DNA of 63,262 nucleotides, filler included, from Octopus bimaculoides (GCF_001194135.2; 11 parts of 9 records of this genome joined end to end with filler, not necessarily neighbours in it), one strand, 5' to 3'; positions 25,629-36,859 are shown, counted from the first letter of the whole stretch. The notes: generated by a model from the letters alone, not told the origin. Numbers and translations: made by a program.

Positions 25629-25802
25629 ATATGAATAATAAATTTTTGAAAAATTATTGAAAAATTAAATTTTGGTAAATTTAAAAGAAAGGTCTTTTTA
25701 AAGACATATTTGTATAATATTCAAATAACGGGCATTTTTCTTGTTTCTGCCTGTCTCTGTTTCACTTGTTAACTGTTGTGGGTTCGAAGAAGGAGTGCTA
25801 TG

Positions 25803-25833
<31 letters not shown>

Positions 25834-26244
25834 NNNNNNNNNNNNNNNNNNNNNNNNNNNNNNNNNNNNNNNNNNNNNNNNNNNNNNNNNNNNNNNNNNN
25901 NNNNNNNNNNNNNNNNNNNNNNNNNNNNNNNNNNNNNNNNNNNNNNNNNNNNNNNNNNNNNNNNNNNNNNNNNNNNNNNNNNNNNNNNNNNNNNNNNNNN
26001 NNNNNNNNNNNNNNNNNNNNNNNNNNNNNNNNNNNNNNNNNNNNNNNNNNNNNNNNNNNNNNNNNNNNNNNNNNNNNNNNNNNNNNNNNNNNNNNNNNNN
26101 NNNNNNNNNNNNNNNNNNNNNNNNNNNNNNNNNNNNNNNNNNNNNNNNNNNNNNNNNNNNNNNNNNNNNNNNNNNNNNNNNNNNNNNNNNNNNNNNNNNN
26201 NNNNNNNNNNNNNNNNNNNNNNNNNTATATACTATTTTGTGTGT

Positions 26245-26302
26245 ATTCTACTGATGAGACAAAGCGTTTCTTATGCAAAGCCAGAAATCCGGGTTCTGGA
26301 AT
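26245..26302 (+). ncRNA. Degenerate hammerhead-like motif with canonical CUGAUGA/GAAA core
   Basis: AUUCUA-CUGAUGA-(26 nt, weak stem II)-GAAA-UCCGGGU-U-C-UGGAAU; 6-bp stem I. Confidence 0.35.
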
Positions 26303-26316
26303 TCTCCAATAATTTT

Positions 26317-26525
26317 TTGCTAGTTTATTTTGTCTCTTTGTCTTCTCTCCTGGTGCTGTATGAACATTTAATGTGGTTTTAGAGTCAAGTTTTGGCTGCT
26401 ATATCTAGCATGGTGGTATCTTAGATACACTTAATTATAATTTTAATAATTATTATTATCTATTAGGTGGTTTTTATTCCCATGCTAGCCACTTGATATG
26501 ATCGGTATTTTAAATAATGATCTCG
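26317..26525 (-). repeat. Family X repeat
   Basis: Both halves match 61629-61837. Confidence 0.8.
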
Positions 26526-26559
26526 ATAATGAACTGTGGACGAGATCTAATAGAGATGA

Positions 26560-26935
26560 ATGTTTCGACATAGCAATGGGATCAAGCAACTCAGCGCAAG
26601 TCACTGATCTTCTTGGAACGTACATCCTATTCCAAATGAAGTTCTGGTTTCCTTAACTGGACAGATGTGGTTTATATTAGAATGCTACTCTCTTCATATT
26701 AGATTGTTGTAGTAGAAATGGTGAGAAACTTTCTTGACGTAATGCCTTGTATGAATATCGGATTATTTTAACTATACCAGAAACCGAACAAAAATTTAAG
26801 GTACGTTAATAAAAATCCAATTATCCACACTCTATCATAACAGGAATTATAAACAATATATCCAATCAAATATCTAGACTTTCGGCAAATGAAATATTTC
26901 ATCATATTTTATTATACTTTTTCCTGGCTCTATAA
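26560..26935 (+). pseudogene. Penelope-like element RT fragment
   Basis: FDIAMGSSNSAQVTD...NFLDVM...LYQKPNKNLRYVNKN...ISRLSANE, homologous to 49688-50110. Confidence 0.8.
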
Positions 26936-27360
26936 TAGCAAGAATATATGTAAGAAGTATGTGCGTGTGTATGTATGTGTGCGTGTGTATGTGCATGTGT
27001 GTGCGCGCGCGTGTGTGTGTGTGTATGTATATATAAATAAATACATGTGTCATACATAAGGATATAAACATAATTTTATATGTAGGTTGCACATTCAATC
27101 AATCCAATTTTAATCTTATATATATTGAAGCGCAGTATAACCTGTCAGTCACGCTAGAGAGAGAGGAGAGTAAAACAACAGACGGAATGCGAGTGAATGA
27201 CACTTACAGATGCTGAAAGGCAGACGACAGCATTTAAAGGCTTTGCTCCGAAGATGCTGATATTCTAATCAAAATAAATCTGCAAATTTTTATTGTAAAT
27301 TGCATTTATTTTATTGGTCTCTCTCTCTCTCTCTCTCTNNNNNNNNNNNNCTCTCTCTCA

Positions 27361-27415
<55 letters not shown>

Positions 27416-28654
27416 GTGCACGCATGTATATATATTTGTGTATTTGTGTGTGTATACTTTCAGTTTTTCCTTTCGTTGTAGTCTTTTTTTCCCTTGCTTG
27501 CCCTTTCTATTACACACCTTTATTTCCTTTTCCAAGAAAACGATAAGATATTTTCCTGATTTCATCGATCTAGAAACTGTAAACAAGCATGCGCGCGCAC
27601 ATACATTCATACACTAACACACACACATACATATGCACGTGTGCACATGCATAGGTGTATATAAATATGTATGTGTATATACATATAGAGAGAACTGGTG
27701 AGAGATATGTCTATAAAACAAATGTATGTATNNNNNNNNNNNNNNNNNNNNNNNNNNNNNNNNNNNNNNNNNNNNNNNNNNNNNNNNNNNNNNNNNNNNN
27801 NNNNNNNNNNNNNNNNNNNNNNNNNNNNNNNNNNNNNNNNNNNNNNNNNNNNNNNNNNNNNNNNNNNNNNNNNNNNNNNNNNNNNNNNNNNNNNNNNNNN
27901 NNNNNNNNNNNNNNNNNNNNNNNNNNNNNNNNNNNNNNNNNNNNNNNNNNNNNNNNNNNNNNNNNNNNNNNNNNNNNNNNNNNNNNNNNNNNNNNNNNNN
28001 NNNNNNNNNNNNNNNNNNNNNNNNNNNNNNNNNNNNNNNNNNNNNNNNNNNNNNNNNNNNNNNNNNNNNNNNNNNNNNNNNNNNNNNNNNNNNNNNNNNN
28101 NNNNNNNNNNNNNNNNNNNNNNNNNNNNNNNNNNNNNNNNNNNNNNNNNNNNNNNNNNNNNNNNNNNNNNNNNNNNNNNNNNNNNNNNNNNNNNNNNNNN
28201 NNNNNNNNNNNNNNNNNNNNNNNNNNNNNNNNNNNNNNNNNNNNNNNNNNNNNNNNNNNNNNNNNNNNNNNNNNNNNNNNNNNNNNNNNNNNNNNNNNNN
28301 NNNNNNNNNNNNNNNNNNNNNNNNNNNNNNNNNNNNNNNNNNNNNNNNNNNNNNNNNNNNNNNNNNNNNNNNNNNNNNNNNNNNNNNNNNNNNNNNNNNN
28401 NNNNNNNNNNNNNNNNNNNNNNNNNNNNNNNNNNNNNNNNNNNNNNNNNNNNNNNNNNNNNNNNNNNNNNNNNNNNNNNNNNNNNNNNNNNNNNNNNNNN
28501 NNNNNNNNNNNNNNNNNNNNNNNNNNNNNNNNNNNNNNNNNNNNNNNNNNNNNNNNNNNNNNNNNNNNNNNNNNNNNNNNNNNNNNNNNNNNNNNNNNNN
28601 NNNNNNNNNNNNNNNNNNNNNNATGCATATATATATATATATGAATATATGTAT

Positions 28655-28880
28655 TCTTTGAAAGCCTAGTACTTATTCTATCTGTCTTTTGACGAACTGC
28701 TAAGGTAAGGGGACGTAAAGACTCCTGAACTGGTTGTCAAGCAGTAGTGGGGGTGAAACACTGACGCCAAATCAACTTACAAGACTTTGGTCGGCCCGAA
28801 GCTATAGTGGAAGATACTTGCCCAAGGGACTGAACCCGCAGTCATGTGGTTGGGAAATAATACCACACACCCACGATTGC
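28655..28880 (-). mobile_element. SINE family A, internally deleted
   Basis: AAGCCTAGTACTTATTCTATC...ACAAGACTTTGGTCGGCCCGAAGCTATAG...GGGACTGAACCCG. Confidence 0.75.
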
Positions 28881-28901
28881 TCCTACATACATACATACAT
28901 T

Positions 28902-29775
28902 CCAAAATTACACACTGCTTCTATGTGGATGGCTTGAAACTATATACAGAGAGATGAAAAAGAGCCTCGACTTGGTTACACTATTCTCAAAGAATATAGG
29001 GCTGGAATTTGGTTAGGAGAAATGTTGTTATTTGGTTGTGAAAAGAGAAAAAACTGTAAACCAGACTAGCAACATCTCCATCAATGACTTACCTGTTTCC
29101 CCAATATCTGATGAGGAAAGTTACAGGCATCTAGAGGTGGATGAAAACATATCTTACCTGTAACAAACACGTGTCACTAAAGAATATTACAGCCGAATAA
29201 AGAAGATGTGGACCTCAGAACTCTCTGCATTCAATAAAACAGTGGCTTAGATGTTTGCAGTGCCAGCGCTCATACCAACATTTGGGCTGCTTGATTGGAC
29301 GCTTGATGAAATCCGAGCGATTGATGTGAAAACCTGGAAGACACTAGTCAGCACATAATTCCCACATAAACAGTGACGTAGACCGCCTCTACCTAAAACG
29401 AAACAACGCGGCAGAGGCTTAACATCAATCCAGACTGCCTTTGAATGTCGTATCATATCCCTTCGGCAACGTCTTTTAACCACCAAGTCTCGAAGTGCAT
29501 CCCTTGACCAAGTTTGCATACATGAAGTTGATAACATCATGAGATTTGGAAAGCAGCTCCTTAAGCAGCAGCATTCCTTGCCTGATAACCTTAAATACGT
29601 GCCCAAAGAAGTCACACGACTCTACCGCAACGTATCATCAGATGAAAGGCTGAGCATATATCGGCAGAAGACTATGCATGGATATGTTAGTAGAAAGCTC
29701 CGAGATGATAGTAACATCGACCAACAACCGAATTGTTACCTCCCACTTTGAAAAGTATGCGTTTGTAATCCCTAA
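28902..29775 (+). pseudogene. R4/Dong-like RLE LINE fragment (RT C-terminal half)
   Basis: KITHCFYVDGLKLY (YxDD-like)...FSKNIGLEFG...EVDENISY...LIPTFGLLDWTLDEI...MHGYVSRKL...TSHFE; starts directly after a (CATA)n tract. Confidence 0.85.
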
Positions 29776-29885
29776 GTCGGGAGTTACAGGGTTTTAAGTG
29801 GTGTCGAATTACCGCTTAGCCACGTATGTTCCCAGGTCTACTCTGACCCGAAGTAGTAGAACCTGTCAGAGTCCCAGCTATAGCT
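29775..29885 (-). repeat. Unclassified interspersed repeat (family D)
   Basis: Minus strand GGGTCAGAGTAGACCTGGGAAC resembles 37720-37840 (GGACAGACCTAGGAGTAATGG). Confidence 0.5.
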
Positions 29886-29987
29886 AAATAACATGTAACC
29901 ACTGAAGTCTGGGTACGATGAAATCATGTGATGTGCATACTAGATGTGAAATATATATACACTTACACACACACACGAGTGTATATA

Positions 29988-30025
<38 letters not shown>

Positions 30026-30047
30026 TGTGTGTGTGTGGATATGCATG

Positions 30048-30080
<33 letters not shown>

Positions 30081-30389
30081 CATATTTTCTGGTAAAGTAT
30101 ATGTATATATATGTACGTATATATGTATGTATGTATGTATGTATTGCGTGTGCGTGTGNNNNNNNNNNNNNNNNNNNNNNNNNNNNNNNNNNNNNNNNNN
30201 NNNNNNNNNNNNNNNNNNNNNNNNNNNNNNNNNNNNNNNNNNNNNNNNNNNNNNNNNNNNNNNNNNNNNNNNNNNNNNNNNNNNNNNNNNNNNNNNNNNN
30301 NNNNNNNNNNNNNNNNNNNNNNNNNNNNNNNNNNNNNNNNNNNNNNNNNNNNNNNNNNNNNNNNNNNNNNNNNNNNNNNNNNNNNNNNN

Positions 30390-30425
<36 letters not shown>

Positions 30426-30531
30426 CACGTGTCTGTGTGTGTTAGATAAAAACTTGTTAGAAGGCTGAACAATACAAAATGAAATGCATAAGTAAAAACA
30501 GAATTACTGATGAAGTTTTTACATTTCATTT

Positions 30532-30568
30532 CTTCAATATTTTGGGGTTAGGACCCGTTCATCAGGAC
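30532..30568 (-). ncRNA. Degenerate minimal hammerhead (C3-G8), unit 1
   Basis: UC-CUGAUGA-AC-GGG(UCCUAA)CCC-C-AAAA-UA-U-U-GAAG; G12 mutated. Confidence 0.5.
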
Positions 30569-30672
30569 ACACGGAGGAATGAGAGATAGACTGTTGTTTA
30601 TTTTGCATTATTTCGACCTTAAAATATTTTTAATATCACACAATGGTTCAATGAAACTATTCTGTTCTAATA

Positions 30673-31145
30673 TAAGGGTGAGCTGAAAAGTTCACAGGCT
30701 GACTATGAGGGAGTGATGCTAGAGCTGTGAGATCATACAGTTACGAAAGGCTATCAAAACCAAACGGCAGGAAAACTAACAAAAGAAGTCTTCTTTCATC
30801 AGAACAATGCTCCAGCACACAAGCTCTTGGCTTCAATGGTTACTATGCATGACTGTGGCTTTCAAGTGGTTGATCACCTCTCTATTCTCCTGAGTTGGCC
30901 CCATCTGACTATCATCTGCTTTCCAACATGAAATAATACATGGCTGAGAACCAGTATTGCAGAGATGCTGACGTCATATCTGCTGTTGACTTTATTTGAG
31001 CACCAGGATAAAGGCTTCTTCAGCAATGGAATCTGAGCACTGCAACACCAACAGAAGAAATGTGTCTATGTTGAAATAAACCTCATTTGGTTACATTCCA
31101 TGATAGTTTCTTGGTGAGCCTATGAACTTTTTCAGCTGAACTATG
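30673..31145 (+). mobile_element. Internally deleted mariner (DD34D) element with TIRs and TA flanks
   Basis: TIRs GAGCTGAAAAGTTCACAGGCT / AGCCTATGAACTTTTTCAGCT; interior FFHQNNAPAHK and ELAPSDYHL. Confidence 0.9.
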
Positions 31146-31340
31146 TATCGTATATTTTCAGATGAAATATACGTGTGTGTATGTGTGTGTGTGCGCGCGC
31201 GTGCGCGTGTGTGTGAGTGTGTGTGCACGTGTGCGCATGCGCGTACGTGCGTTTCTGTGTATGTTAAATAAAAACTTGTTACAAGGCCGAAACAATACAG
31301 AGTAAAAACAGAATTACAGTTGACGTTTTATATTCCACTT

Positions 31341-31376
31341 CTTCAATGTTTCGGAGTTAGGACTTTTCATCGGGAA
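31341..31376 (-). ncRNA. Degenerate minimal hammerhead (C3-G8), unit 2
   Basis: UUC-CCGAUGA-AAAG(UCCUAA)CUCC-GAAA-CA-U-U-GAAG; U4 mutated. Confidence 0.5.
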
Positions 31377-31697
31377 TGGAAGACTAATACAGTTCTCACT
31401 TTTGTACTTCATTATGCATTGTTTCGGCTTTTTAAAAAGTTCTTCCTCTCATTTAATATAACACAATGCTTGGTCCAAGCAATTCTACTGTATTACAAGT
31501 ACAACATCTATTTTCTGGAAACATTGTTTTTGATGCCTTTCCGAAAAATTGATTTTTGCGAACCAGAGACGGTCATTTTGGTCGACACAGTATCAATNNN
31601 NNNNNNNNNNNNNNNNNNNNNNNNNNNNNNNNNNNNNNNNNTTAATTAATTAANNNNNNNNNNNNNNNNNNNNNNNNNNNNNNNNNNNNNNNNNNNN

Positions 31698-31950
31698 ACA
31701 TGGCAGTCCCAAAATTAGGACGAAAGCTGCCGTGAATTAGCTCCAAGAAGCCATCGCCTCTAGCTAGCTATGTGACACACGAAACCTGTGTCCTTTATAA
31801 CCTTCGAACAGGGGAGGTCAGCAGTGTCCCCCTGCTAGTTTGGCATCTGCAGACTAGTTTCAGGGTGTTTGCCCCTTGTCAATGCAGAGCAGCCAAGCCC
31901 TAGCCAGGCGGCGCTGCTGACTATCTGTTCGAAAATTATTTATCTAATTT
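31698..31950 (-). repeat. GC-richer structured repeat hosting a hammerhead (Penelope pLTR or retrozyme-like)
   Basis: Several hairpins (CATGGCAG/CTGCCGTG, GACACA/TGTGTC, GGGGA/TCCCC) plus the motif at 31846-31888; left end lost in a gap. Confidence 0.55.
31846..31888 (-). ncRNA. Minimal type I hammerhead ribozyme candidate, U3-A8 variant
   Basis: UCUGCA-UUGACAA-GGGG(CAAACA)CCCU-GAAA-CUAG-U-C-UGCAGA; perfect 6-bp stem I, palindromic ACUAGU, GUC triplet. Confidence 0.75.
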
Positions 31951-32534
31951 CAGTGGAATCTATCCACTATATATATATATTTGTGAAGGCTTGAATTATA
32001 CTGAAACTTGTCAGCTGCCTGTAATTCAAGGGAACAACCTCGTCATACGTTACTCCTTACTGATTTTGCCCGGGGATTTCGTTAAGAATAGGCGTTTCCG
32101 CGGTATACTCAGCTTCATCAACACCAGTTCAATGAGTGGGTTAGTTCGTTCAGTTGATAGCTCAGCTGAATATGTATTCTTGGGTCGAAATTGATAGAGA
32201 TGCATTCATGGCTGCATGTGCACGTGACCGACACTGCACCGAAAGCTCACGCGTGTAGCTTTGGGTGCAGACTTAGTAGTTAAGAAGTCCGCTTCGTAAT
32301 CAGGATCACACGAGTGCGATTCTACGACGTAGCCCCTTAAGTAAATACTTAGGACCAACACAAGGCTTCTGAATTAAATCGAATAGATTGTTGTGGAAAC
32401 TATGCGGAACCCTATCAAATGAATTGTACTTGTAAATCACACGCTGTCTTATGTTGATTCTGCCGGACGGTTATGTTGAAGATACATTTGTCTGCGGAAT
32501 ATTCTGCCTCTTATTCCATGATTTAATAAATAGA

Positions 32535-32795
32535 TCGTGGCTTAGTGGTTAGGGCGTTGGACTCATGATCCTAAAATTGTAGTTTCGATTCCTGGACTGA
32601 GTGATGGGTTGAGCGAAACACTTCATTTCTCTCGCTGTTCCAGTGCACTCAGCTGGCAAAAATGAATAATCCTGCGACGGCCTGGCGTTCCATCCTGAGG
32701 AGTACTAGGCTTCCAAAGAATAAGTCCTGGGGTCGATTTGCTCGACTGAAGGTGGTGTTCCAGCATAGCCGCAAGGAAACCGGCCCTATGTGTAT
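32535..32795 (+). mobile_element. SINE family C with an internal family A tail segment (chimera)
   Basis: Head CGTGGCTTAGTGGTTAGGG...TTTCGATTCCTGGAC, body CACTCAGCTGGCAAAAATG...CCTGCGACGG, then AGTACTAGGCTT..AAGAATAAGTCCTGGGG, then GAAACCGGCCCTATG. Confidence 0.8.
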
Positions 32796-34049
32796 ATGAA
32801 GGGGGAAGGAGCTGTATCCTTTTACCCTCATCCACATGGAATATCCTTAGACAGAATAGACGTATATCCATTCACCTTTTCATTTATGTATGTATGTATG
32901 TATGTATGTATGTATGTATGTATGTATGTGTGTATGTATGAATCTATGTATGTAGGTATGCATATATGAATGTGTTAAAGCACGCACACGTGCGTGTGCG
33001 TGTGCGTGTGTGTGTGTGNNNNNNNNNNNNNNNNNNNNNNNNNNNNNNNNNNNNNNNNNNNNNNNNNNNNNNNNNNNNNNNNNNNNNNNNNNNNNNNNNN
33101 NNNNNNNNNNNNNNNNNNNNNNNNNNNNNNNNNNNNNNNNNNNNNNNNNNNNNNNNNNNNNNNNNNNNNNNNNNNNNNNNNNNNNNNNNNNNNNNNNNNN
33201 NNNNNNNNNNNNNNNNNNNNNNNNNNNNNNNNNNNNNNNNNNNNNNNNNNNNNNNNNNNNNNNNNNNNNNNNNNNNNNNNNNNNNNNNNNNNNNNNNNNN
33301 NNNNNNNNNNNNNNNNNNNNNNNNNNNNNNNNNNNNNNNNNNNNNNNNNNNNNNNNNNNNNNNNNNNNNNNNNNNNNNNNNNNNNNNNNNNNNNNNNNNN
33401 NNNNNNNNNNNNNNNNNNNNNNNNNNNNNNNNNNNNNNNNNNNNNNNNNNNNNNNNNNNNNNNNNNNNNNNNNNNNNNNNNNNNNNNNNNNNNNNNNNNN
33501 NNNNNNNNNNNNNNNNNNNNNNNNNNNNNNNNNNNNNNNNNNNNNNNNNNNNNNNNNNNNNNNNNNNNNNNNNNNNNNNNNNNNNNNNNNNNNNNNNNNN
33601 NNNNNNNNNNNNNNNNNNNNNNNNNNNNNNNNNNNNNNNNNNNNNNNNNNNNNNNNNNNNNNNNNNNNNNNNNNNNNNNNNNNNNNNNNNNNNNNNNNNN
33701 NNNNNNNNNNNNNNNNNNNNNNNNNNNNNNNNNNNNNNNNNNNNNNNNNNNNNNNNNNNNNNNNNNNNNNNNNNNNNNNNNNNNNNNNNNNNNNNNNNNN
33801 NNNNNNNNNNNNNNNNNNNNNNNNNNNNNNNNNNNNNATATATATACATATATATATATGAATGTGTGTGTGTGTGCGTACGTATATGTACGCTTGTGTG
33901 TATGTACCTGTGAGACATTTGTTGTCTCTTCTCTTTCTTTCAGAATTGCTCCATTCACAACCTCTCATTCGATCATCCGTCATTTATTTCTAGTTGTCTA
34001 CTTAACTATCGTCCCATTTTATGGCTGGCTTAGCTGGGTTGATATTTCG

Positions 34050-34129
<80 letters not shown>

Positions 34130-34204
34130 CCATCTATCCATCCATCTATCNNNNNNNNNNNNNNNNNNNNNNNNNNNNNNNNNNNNNNNNNNNNNNNNNN
34201 NNNN

Positions 34205-34266
<62 letters not shown>

Positions 34267-34314
34267 GTGTTATGTATTTATATAGATATATATCGAAGGA
34301 TCAAAGGTCCTTCC

Positions 34315-34505
34315 CGGGTCAGGCTCATAAAGCCGGTTTCCCAGATTTCGTGACGTATATATTCCCGCCTTGACATGACGCCGGTCAGTCCCAGGATCGA
34401 TTATTCATTTTTGCCACCAGAATGGAATTGAAGAACGCCTGTATCGTCCGGTCCAGGAATCGAAACTATAATCTTACGATCATAAGTGCAACATTCTAAC
34501 CATAA
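34315..34505 (-). mobile_element. SINE family C
   Basis: CCAGGAATCGAAAC, CATTTTTGCCA and CCGGTTTCCC match the reverse of 32535-32795. Confidence 0.75.
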
Positions 34506-34526
34506 TGTGACGTTCTTCTATATATA

Positions 34527-34807
34527 TAGGAGGTATGTTTAAAAAAGTATCCGATTATATTTTTCTCGCCATAACTAATGCCGTGTGTGCAAAAGCCACC
34601 CTTCCTGCGCCGGTAGGGCTCGTCAGTTCTCGGCTGTTGCGCTTTGAGTACAGACGTCTAGTGTGCGCTTGTAGGAGTTCTCACACAAGATGACCGAATG
34701 CATCGTGTAGAGGTAATAAACCCATATCTCAGTAGCAGTGATGATGGTCTTCATGAAGTCTGGGTCGTGGTTTGCACAGTTCAGCATGTTGTGAGTGATT
34801 TTCACGC
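34527..34807 (-). mobile_element. Mariner remnant (one TIR plus transposase fragment)
   Basis: GAGGTATGTTTAAAAAAGTATCCGA TIR-like; minus strand LNCANHDPDFMKTIITATEIWVY (TGDE.WVY-like). Confidence 0.7.
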
Positions 34808-35330
34808 AGGTGCAGGAGTGGCTGTGTGGTAAGTAGCTTGCTTACCAACCACATGGTTCTGGGTTCATTCCCACTGCGCGACACTTTGGGCAAATGTCTT
34901 CTACTATAGCCTCGNNNNNNNNNNNNNNNNNNNNNNNNNNNNNNNNNNNNNNNNNNNNNNNNNNNNNNNNNNNNNNNNNNNNNNNNNNNNNNNNNNNNNN
35001 NNNNNNNNNNNNNNNNNNNNNNNNNNNNNNNNNNNNNNNNNNNNNNNNNNNNNNNNNNNNNNNNNNNNNNNNNNNNNNNNNNNNNNNNNNNNNNNNNNNN
35101 NNNNNNNNNNNNNNNNNNNNNNNNNNNNNNNNNNNNTGTCCCCCCAACATCGCTTGACAACCGATGCTGGTGTGTTTATGTCCCCGTAACTTAGCGGTTC
35201 GGCAAAAGAGACCGATAGAATAAGTACTAGGCTTACAAAGAATAAGTTCTGGGGTCGATTTGCTCGACTAAAGGCGGTGCTCCAGCATGGCCGCAGTCAA
35301 ATGACTGAAACGAGTAAAAGAGTAAAAAGA
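34808..35330 (+). mobile_element. SINE family A, young copy with a gap over its microsatellite
   Basis: Near-consensus head and tail. Confidence 0.92.
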
Positions 35331-35449
35331 GATGTGTGTGTGCCTGTGTGTGTGTGTGAGTCCTGAAGATTTCATGGCGAATTTATGTGCCTGATAAAGA
35401 ATACTGCAGCTGGTTAAAATGACGAGCGTCGGGTCTATGATTATGAAAC

Positions 35450-36063
35450 ACCAATTTAATGGTCTGGCTAACCTGTCCGACCAGAGGACACCCGCATGCT
35501 AAAACGAGTGCTATATAGTGAACTGGAACAATGAAAACGTCCCCAATGCAAGCCACGCAAGCGTTTTGAAATCAACTTTACAGACACACTTAAAGAAATC
35601 AATATCGATACTAAGACCTGGGAAGATCCGGCATCAGATAGGGAGCTGTGAAGGAACCTGATTGTTACTAGTAGTAAAGAATTCATGAACGACGGGGTTG
35701 CATACACTGAGTTGAAACGTGCTGATAAATACACGGAAGACGTGAACTCTCTCGTTTAGAAGGACACGAAAGTCTTTTTCGTGTGACCAGGGTGTTCGCG
35801 CCTGCTTCTCAAAGGCAAGCCTACTCAGTCACAAACGTAGAAAATCCCTGTCAACCAATATGATATCTAGTATGATCTCTCTTGCACTTTGTGTTATAGA
35901 GTGTGTAGGTTAGCCAGTGAACTATTATAAATACCGACACGTTAGATAGACAGGCTGCTGGTGGAAAACTAACTTGTGATAAGTGCGGAATGATTTGCAG
36001 GTCCATTGCATACCTTAAGAGCCACGTGAAACATCATCAGCGACTAGGAGTCCAAAAGTAATG
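35450..36063 (+). pseudogene. RTE-clade LINE 3' end with three C2H2-like fingers
   Basis: DTRMLKRVLYSEL..KPRKRF..TWEDPASDRE; then CDQgVRACFSKASLLSHKR, SCTLCYRVCRLAS..HVR, CDKCGMICRSIAYLKSHVKHH, stop. Confidence 0.75.
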
Positions 36064-36163
36064 TGATTCTTAAGATGAAATGAATTAAGGGAGTGGTCTT
36101 ACTCGGTCAAGAATCGAAACACGTACGCGCGCACATGCAGGTACACACGTACGCGCGCGAGCG

Positions 36164-36215
<52 letters not shown>

Positions 36216-36224
36216 TACACGCAC

Positions 36225-36540
36225 CAGAGTTTCACTGGTACTTAATTTATCGACCCCTCCGAAAGGATGAAAGGCAAAGTCGAACTCAGCGGAATTTGGA
36301 CTGAGAATGTAAAGACGATCGAAGTGCCACTAAGCGTTTCACCCGCCATGCTAACGATTCTGCCAGCTCGCTACTTTATTGGAAGTAGAAGTATTGGTTC
36401 AAAGTTTTGACACAAGGCTAGGAAGTTTGTGGAAGGATGTAAGTCGATGACATATGACATCGATCCCATTGCTCGACTGGTATTTATTTTATTCACCCCG
36501 AAAGGATGAAAGGTAAAGTCGATCTCAGCGGAATTTGGGA
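36225..36540 (-). mobile_element. Two SINE family B fragments (36225-36375, 36400-36540)
   Basis: CTGGTACTTAATTTATCGACCC..GAAAGGATGAAAGGCAAAGTCGA.CTCAGCGGAATTTG. Confidence 0.85.
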
Positions 36541-36859
36541 TTTCATAAGTAAACCCTTTTTTAACTATCCACGGAAACACTGCTTATGAACCAATTACAT
36601 TTCAATGTTTTACTGTATTACATAATAAATCTACGTAAAACTTTTTATCCACCTGTGTATGTAATAGATGTAAACACCTTCTTTGTGTATGCAATATCTT
36701 TATGGGCAGTAAACGAATTAAATTCAATCCTGTGTTGAGATTTTATCCGTGAGAAAGGATTCTCCTTAACTGTCTACAGAGACACAGCTAGTATTGATTA
36801 AAAGAAAACATACTGACAGACAATAGCAATCAATTTTGTATCAAGATTCGAAGGTACAT

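Larger units (their letters stand above)
30425..31530 (-). repeat. Diverged tandem dimer (monomer about 335 nt), each unit with a hammerhead motif; first unit interrupted by a mariner
   Basis: GTTA.ATAAAAACTTGTTA.AAGGC.GAA.CAATAC..AGTAAAAACAGAATTAC at 30440 and 31262; downstream TTTAATAT.ACACAATG also shared. Confidence 0.75.

Noticed and set aside
31700-31735. GTCC-CAAAATTA-GGAC-GAAA on the plus strand, resembling a hammerhead stem II half
   Set aside because: No CUGANGA-like core before it, and the flanks pair into a simple hairpin instead; upstream sequence is lost in a gap.
34808-34880. tRNA-like sequences at SINE heads
   Set aside because: A/B boxes are present but there is no complete cloverleaf, and they continue into SINE bodies; not tRNA genes.
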